Positions 62,343 to 64,000 of a stretch of DNA of 64,000 bases are shown here, one piece after another. The DNA is from a virus, in UHGV virus genome UHGV-1342921; one strand, given 5' to 3'. How positions within the stretch are numbered: the first letter of the stretch is position 1; each line of letters begins with the position of its first letter. The position numbers and the translations under genes were made by a program. The notes under the pieces are model-generated. The model had not been told where the DNA came from. It searched no databases and saw only the letters and a list, made by a program, of their open reading frames with translations.

Positions 62343-63179
62343 TTAAGAGCGAGGGGTAAACAAGCTTGAAACTTGTCCTTCAGGTATTGCATTTATAGAA
62401 GCAGTTATTGTTGTCGTGGATCCCAAAGTGAGCGTCTTTACATCCGACGTCACATCCCCGTCTGAAAATTGAATATACATGTTTCTCGGAATAGCGTTAA
62501 CCTTTGCATCTATACTGCTGTCTATATTGCTCTTTGCCTCGGAACTTAACTTGTTGTATGATAAGGTTCCGTCTGCTACCTTATCTCCGGTGATACTGCC
62601 GTCTGTTATCTTGTTCCCACTTATATTACTAGGAAGCTTGTCTTCCGTCAAAGTCGGGATCATATCTAGAGGGAAGACTCTAATGGGAACGGTTACAGTG
62701 TCAACGTCCAGGTCTCCCGTTCCTATAATATAGCTATTGTCTGAAGAAGGAAGATTTGCATTCGCAATTCTGACGGAAAAAGCAGTAATGCCTGGCTTGT
62801 CAGAAGACCCGCCGTTTATTGGTTTTGCAAAAGTAACATTTCCTTTAAAGACTATGTCGTCTGAAGATGTTTTAACACCGCTTTCATTTTTCGTCGTCCA
62901 AAGGGTGTTGTCTTTGACACCTTGAGGTGTTATAGCTGTCATTCCTCTTTTAGCGCCAAGAACGCTGTTGGTTTTTTTATCAACTAAATCATCAGTGAGC
63001 CATACAACACCTTGGGTTTTATCTGTTGCATCAAACGGAATGTATAAAGGCCACACTTCATTTTTGCCATTTACTTTTACCTGTGTGTTGGCAAAAAAAG
63101 GAGGGAGTTTTTCATTCGGGACTCTTTCCTTTTTTGAAGACCAGTGCCTTGATGTATAATCATAATGAATCTCTGCCAT
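62343..63179 (-). CDS. Hypothetical tail-associated protein (start at MAEIHYDY)
   Basis: GGAGGA RBS 8 nt upstream of the internal ATG. Confidence 0.45.
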   Translation of the reverse strand: MAEIHYDYTSRHWSSKKERVPNEKLPPFFANTQVKVNGKNEVWPLYIPFDATDKTQGVVWLTDDLVDKKTNSVLGAKRGMTAITPQGVKDNTLWTTKNESGVKTSSDDIVFKGNVTFAKPINGGSSDKPGITAFSVRIANANLPSSDNSYIIGTGDLDVDTVTVPIRVFPLDMIPTLTEDKLPSNISGNKITDGSITGDKVADGTLSYNKLSSEAKSNIDSSIDAKVNAIPRNMYIQFSDGDVTSDVKTLTLGSTTTITASINAIPEGQVSSLFTPRS

Positions 63180-63180
63180 A

Positions 63181-63516
63181 TTACTCATCCTCCAAAGTCG
63201 TATAAACAATATCTATAACAGTCTCGGGAGGAAGGTCGCAAAGAGCTTCTATTGTAAACGTCTCTTCTTCCACTCCGTCAAACTCAAGAACATTATGCTC
63301 ATTCAAAAGGTATTTATGCTCATCGGTTCCAGGTTTAGAAGAAGAGCCAAGCACTTGTAACCAAGGAGAACTGTGTTCTTTTTTGAGGTCTTTCACCGGC
63401 CATTGTTTCGGGACATGAAGACCGATGTGAACAAAAGTACAGTTGTTATCACCGGGAGGAGAGATTGTTGTAACAGTCCCTTCTTTTATGGGACCTACGA
63501 TTTGTGTCATTTTCAT
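63181..63516 (-). CDS. Hypothetical protein (111 aa)
   Basis: ORF packed tightly with its neighbours. Confidence 0.4.
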   Translation of the reverse strand: MKMTQIVGPIKEGTVTTISPPGDNNCTFVHIGLHVPKQWPVKDLKKEHSSPWLQVLGSSSKPGTDEHKYLLNEHNVLEFDGVEEETFTIEALCDLPPETVIDIVYTTLEDE

Positions 63517-63522
63517 GACATC

Positions 63523-63969
63523 TCACTCCCACCAATTTGTCTTTTTTGGAATATAGGTTACATTTTTGGCTTTCTTGAAATACCACCCATTGGGGACGTT
63601 ATTCACACCGTCTGACACAGAGAACTTTGTTCCTCCACCATTAAAAGTGCCGACATAGTACCATCCATTAGCATCCTTGTTATAATCCCAAGCAAACACC
63701 CAGGTCTCTCCCTTTTGGTTCCGATAGGTGCATACTTTGCCATCTACCTTACCAGAAGCAATCGTGTAGTTGGTATTTAACGTGGTAACAATTTCGCTAG
63801 GATCAGAAGCATTTGAGCTGAACCCCTCATCTTTATTATTGAGGTCTCTTCCAACCAAAAGTCCGCTTTGATCTTTTATCGCTCCCAGGTCTTTCCAGTT
63901 TAATGTTTTCGTGTTAATATCAGGGAAAGCTTTTGATTGAAAGCCCTGTTTATATCCTTCAGCGCCCAA
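63523..63969 (-). CDS. Hypothetical Gly/Trp-rich protein (148 aa, TTG start)
   Basis: AAAGGAG RBS upstream of the TTG at 63969. NGWYY/NGWYF motifs. Confidence 0.45.
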   Translation of the reverse strand: MGAEGYKQGFQSKAFPDINTKTLNWKDLGAIKDQSGLLVGRDLNNKDEGFSSNASDPSEIVTTLNTNYTIASGKVDGKVCTYRNQKGETWVFAWDYNKDANGWYYVGTFNGGGTKFSVSDGVNNVPNGWYFKKAKNVTYIPKKTNWWE

Positions 63970-64000
63970 AGCGTCTCCTTTACGAGCTTTAGAGCTACTA

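Noticed and set aside
1-64000. CRISPR arrays or integrase, attachment-site or transposase signatures
   Set aside because: No regularly spaced direct repeats with unique spacers and no integrase- or transposase-like ORFs were found. The genome looks lytic, with homing endonucleases as the only mobile elements.

Overview
This window reads as part of a large virulent dsDNA phage genome, probably of a Gram-positive, anaerobe-associated host. The evidence for that host is strong AAAGGAGG-type ribosome-binding sites, an anaerobic NrdD/NrdG ribonucleotide reductase pair, an endolysin with GH25, CHAP and PG_binding_1 domains, and an SPP1-type holin.

The layout runs as follows:
- 1-1800: a minus-strand cluster of six tRNA genes plus a roughly 300-nt structured non-coding stretch.
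- 1.8-11.8 kb: a minus-strand block of mostly hypothetical genes that includes a Ro60/Rsr-like TROVE+vWA protein and an Rnl2-family RNA ligase.
- ~11.9-12.15 kb: a strand-switch region carrying an array of TTTTCAACA/TGTTGAAAA repeats.
- 12.2-44.8 kb: a long plus-strand replication and nucleotide-metabolism module. It contains dCMP deaminase, a metallophosphoesterase, both topoisomerase II subunits, a divergent ThyX-like protein, an SSB-like protein, a Sak4-like ATPase, DnaB-like helicase, primase, a RecJ-like exonuclease, Dam methyltransferase, DnaE-type Pol III alpha, guanylate kinase, NrdD, NrdG, dUTPase, FolD and RuvC.
- 45.1-64 kb: a minus-strand block with the endolysin, a battery of tail-fibre and receptor-binding genes carrying T4-like HxH repeats, and the holin.

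Three group I introns interrupt essential genes. The one in the dnaB-like gene and the one in nrdD each carry a GIY-YIG homing endonuclease. The one in dnaE has no ORF. Two free-standing endonuclease genes sit in AT-rich DNA immediately upstream of the topoisomerase II gene and of dnaE.

The most striking single signal is in dnaE. The gene starts in one frame, hits CTT TGA C (identical to the prfB/RF2 programmed +1 frameshift heptamer), and continues in the +1 frame. The conserved PHP-domain LLD motif is made only by reading across that shift.
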